A stretch of 64,000 nucleotides of DNA from Entomortierella parvispora E1425 (Eukaryota; Fungi; Mortierellomycota), in the NCBI GenBank assembly GCA_020891255.1, contig BQFW01000014.1, positions 310,001 to 374,000 on the forward strand, read 5' to 3'. The position numbers and the translations under genes are program-made. Each line of letters starts with the position of its first letter. Position 1 is the first letter of the stretch. Below the pieces are notes generated by a model. The model did no database searches, had not been told where the DNA came from, and saw nothing but the letters and a program-made list of their open reading frames with translations. Shown in pieces: positions 60,410 to 64,000 of this stretch.

Positions 60410-60672
60410 TAAAAGAGGTCGGAAAACGAGAGAATTGGGGGATCAAGCGAGATTTTCTTTATTATTAGTAGGTGGTGGGTATTGAAAATTCATTAACATT
60501 TTTTCTATCTACAAGGGTTGGGTTGGGGGTAAGGAAGGAGGGTGAAAGAGGGAGAGAGAGGGAAAAGGGGGGGGGGGGGGAAGGTTTAAAGCTCTGTAGG
60601 AGAGTGGGTATGTCATAAATAGGTGGTTGACATTGAGCCTAGGTAGGTCATGGGCTTTGTTGTTATCTGGAC

Positions 60673-62364
60673 TTAGTATCCCTCCTTGTACAGACGTGTG
60701 GCCACGTTCATGTACAGCTCTACGGCGTCAAAGGCCTTTTGACCGGCTCCAAGTTTGATCCGCTTGCGGTTGTTGAGGTCCCAGTGATCACACTCGACAG
60801 TCTCGACATACTCGCCCCAGCGGGCGCTCGACAACGAGACCAGCCCGTCGTTTTCGCCCTCTTTAGCTTTGATGATCTCCCAGGCAAATCCAAGAGGCGC
60901 CCAGATAGGCATCTGTTTAACAGAGGCACCATAAGAATAATACTTCACAGATGGATCATCAGGAGTGTTGGGGTTGAAGACTTCCTGGCAGTAGTTCGTC
61001 GTAAGATTCCTGTAAGCAGGCGTGTCCAACAAAGGCACCAATCGGCTCAAAAGTGGTCCAATGGGGCTGGCAAAGGGGTCCACAGCTTGAGTGGTTCCAG
61101 CCATGGCCTCGGTGGCGTTTTCCATGAGTCGCTGCATGACGTTCGATGCCTCCTGAACAGCGGCACGTGAAGCTCTTGCAGCTTCTCCAAGTTGCCGCAT
61201 AGCCTCTTCCTCTGTAGGATCCCGCAATCCGACGCCAAGATTGTCGCGGAACCAGTCCATCATGGGGCTGCCACGATGGGGTGTCGAGAGGGTTGTAAGG
61301 GACTGTACGTGATAGTTTTTGTCCTTGATGTGACTAATCAGATATCTGCAATCCAGTCCACCCTAATTCGGAGAGAGTAAGAAAGTTTAGTATAAAATCC
61401 AACCGGATGAGCACATGCACCGACAACAGGCTATGACACCGCGATGCTCCATTGACATACCATAGAGTGCGCAAGAAAGTTGACAGGCACGCCTTCCATG
61501 GAGGCCGATAGCATCCTGTGCAGATCCTCGGCGCGTTTCTTAATGGCACCAGTCCTATTATGATTGGAACACGAAGTGGGAGCCAGAGAGCAGCATGGGT
61601 AAGTCTGTTTGTCTTCCCAAGAAGAGAGCCGTGCGAATCCTCTCCCCACAAACTTGGCCAGTCCTGTGGATCGTTGCTCTGTCACTGCGCCCAACAAAAA
61701 TTGAGAAATCACAAGATTTCAGGGTCACGCATGCTCAACAGAGTTTTCTAGCTCTACTTTCTCGCAACCCCACAACACTTTTGCATTACGAACCTTGGAA
61801 CTCCTGCGACAATGACCTTGGCGCCAAGTTGGGTCAGGGCCTTTTCAATACCGCTCCAATAGTGGATTTGCAGGTGCGGAATCCCCTCAGGTCCCATCTT
61901 GTCGAATCCAAACAGGCCTGAAAATTGAGAAAAAGGAGGTGATGTCAGCGCCTCAAGAAACGACAATCACTTTGCCACCAAAAGGGGAGCAACATACCAT
62001 GGCATAACACAATGGGATGGCGAGGTGCTGTGTAATTGGGACTGATCGGCATCGTGTAGCCATAGTTTTTTATCCGACGATCGAGTCCTCGCCAAGGCTG
62101 TAGAGATGGGTACTGCTCATGCTTTGGCATCTCCACCTCGCGACTGTACGACACATTAGACGAAGAGGGGGACGAGGAAGACAACGACGAGGAAGCAGAG
62201 GATGTGGAGGCGGAGGAGCCCTTGTTCTTTTCAAGTCCAGACTTGGCGCCCACAAGGCCCAAGCTGGTCTTGATAGAAGTAAAAGCGGCACTTGTAGAGT
62301 TGGCCGTGGCCGAGAGTGTGGAGCGAAGATGGGAGAGGAGGAACGAAGTGGTGTTTACCAGCAT
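60673..62364 (-). CDS. TGL2: Triacylglycerol lipase, TGL2 family alpha/beta hydrolase (~424 aa)
   Basis: Exons 62364-61998, 61917-61794, 61554-61461, 61362-60673. PIVLCHGLFGFD, nucleophile elbow AHSMGGLD, TPHRGSP, NDGLVS, DHWDL. Confidence 0.92.
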
Positions 62365-62927
62365 GGTGGAGTCTTTCAGCAGGAAGTGTGGGGGAGTGAG
62401 GTCAAAGTGGCGCGTCGCTTGAGGGAATTACCGCCAAGGAAGAAGGTCAGGGCAAAGAATACGGTAGATGAAAAGAGTGGAGAGGACCAGAGGATCCCGT
62501 GATGCAAAGCAAAAGTGAGGCTGTCAAGCAAGTGGTACCAGCCGTGAGAGGGAGAGGTGTGGCACTTCAGAATAAAGCGGGAAGGATGCTAGACGTGAGG
62601 ATCGAGGAAAGTGAAGAGAATAGGTGGTGCAATGCACAACTGAATGGGAGAATGTGGAGGAATCGATTCAACCGTTGGCGCCCGAACAAAATGGCTCGCA
62701 ATGACGTGTGTCATGTGATGTTGGTCACCTGATGCCGCCTGACATTCACAAATTCTTAAGGGGGGTTTTATTCTACATGGCATTTTCAGATGGTAATATC
62801 GAAGATATGGAAACAAGAGAGGAAAAGTACACTTGAAACAACGAACGAGCTAATGAACAGGAAGCAAAGAAGGGGCCAAGGTGTCTGCCTGACCGACTGC
62901 TAAAGCAGAAAGGTTACGGGCGGGTAA

Positions 62928-63061
62928 AGAGGGTGGATACAACGTGCACCGAATGCGGACAATGACCTTCTTCTTTTGGCTTGGGAATGTGGTTGGTCTG
63001 CTTGACCAACCGCAACGACGGAAGAGTCGCTAGGGAATAAGAGAGGGTGGATACAACGTGC
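62928..63061. repeat. 20-bp direct repeat AGAGGGTGGATACAACGTGC (62928-62947 and 63042-63061)
   Basis: Two exact copies 114 nt apart, downstream of the C2H2 gene. Confidence 0.9.
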
Positions 63062-63119
63062 GTCGAGAGCAGACCATCATCTGCTTCGCTTTTGCCTTGG
63101 AATGTGCAGCGTGAATTGT

Positions 63120-64000
63120 TCACTGACGCAGATGAGGCTGGTGGTAGGCAAAGGTAATTGGTGGAGCCTGTGGGGCAAGTCCTTGATCCGAGACATCGTG
63201 TCGGTGGATTCGGATGTGCTGGTTCAGATTGTCGCTACGCGAGAATCGCCTTGTGCACGAGTCGATAGGGCACCCAAATGCTGGAAATGAAAAGCAATTC
63301 GATAGCTGGATTAGTTGATTTGAACATCCTCGTCAAGCCTGGGTTCTCTACTTCATCGAACTTACGTTTTTCTAGAGTATGGACGGAACGGATATGTCGC
63401 TTGAGGTGCTCCTGGCGTCTGAACGGTCGATGGCAGTCGTTGAACTGACATTGATAAACAGGTCCTTGTGCGTCTGTGCAGACAGAAGCCCGTCTTGCCT
63501 TGACCTTGGATGCCTTGTGGATCGGTTGCGATGAAGAAGAAGACGACGACGACGACGTTGATGTGGTGGACATGATTGATGTCGAAGAAGACGACTGAAG
63601 CATGGCGACGCTCTCTGGGGGATTACCCTCGATGGATGATGAGGCCAGATAATCTTGGAAATCGTCCGAGTGGCTGAGAGGGAAGAGGGAACCGGTAGAG
63701 CCGTGTCTGGACCAGGCATAGTCTGGAAAATCATTTTCAGTGTCAAAGGTCGATAGGCCAGCTTCAAAGAAAGAGATAGATTGGCCACGCAAAGCAGGTC
63801 GAAAAGGAGCAGTGGATGGATTTTCATACGAAGGTGTGAATGTAGTATCGGTGCTGCTGTCGGACGAGGTGGACGAAGTTGGTGAAGAGCTAGCCGGGGC
63901 TGGAAGGGCTTTGTCCATCTGTTGTTGGCTAAAGGTTTCAGAGGCACCAAGACCAGCAGCAGCGTTGGAAGGAACTTGCTGAAGAAAGGGATCCGTGGGG
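63120..64000 (-). CDS. C2H2 zinc-finger transcription factor, Seb1/MsnA/Msn2-like; 5' end lies outside the window
   Basis: Exon 1 is open from the window edge to 63366; exon 2 is 63280-63120. Fingers [56 protein letters not shown]. No in-frame stop between ATG 63918 and base 64000. Confidence 0.88.

Overview
Eukaryotic, intron-containing fungal genomic DNA. The gene content (Mortierellaceae-type F-box/LRR proteins, bacterial-type Eis-like GNATs, a CRIB-containing WASP) points to an early-diverging fungus, most likely Mortierellaceae; this is inference, no database search was run. I built about 20 gene models by hand using GT-AG introns and reading-frame consistency. Recognisable core genes: PNKP, NDUFS3, ERT1/AcuK, an MSP/VAP-domain protein, WASP, AOX, SOK1/TCP11, TGL2 and a Seb1/MsnA-type C2H2 factor. 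They are interleaved with fast-evolving paralogues and remnants: an F-box gene duplicate with a clean in-frame loss of about 300 codons including the F-box, two Eis-like acetyltransferase paralogues differing by one intron, a frameshifted GT17 remnant, and a MAK21/NOC1 N-terminus-only gene. No rRNA, tRNA, CRISPR array or intact transposon could be supported.
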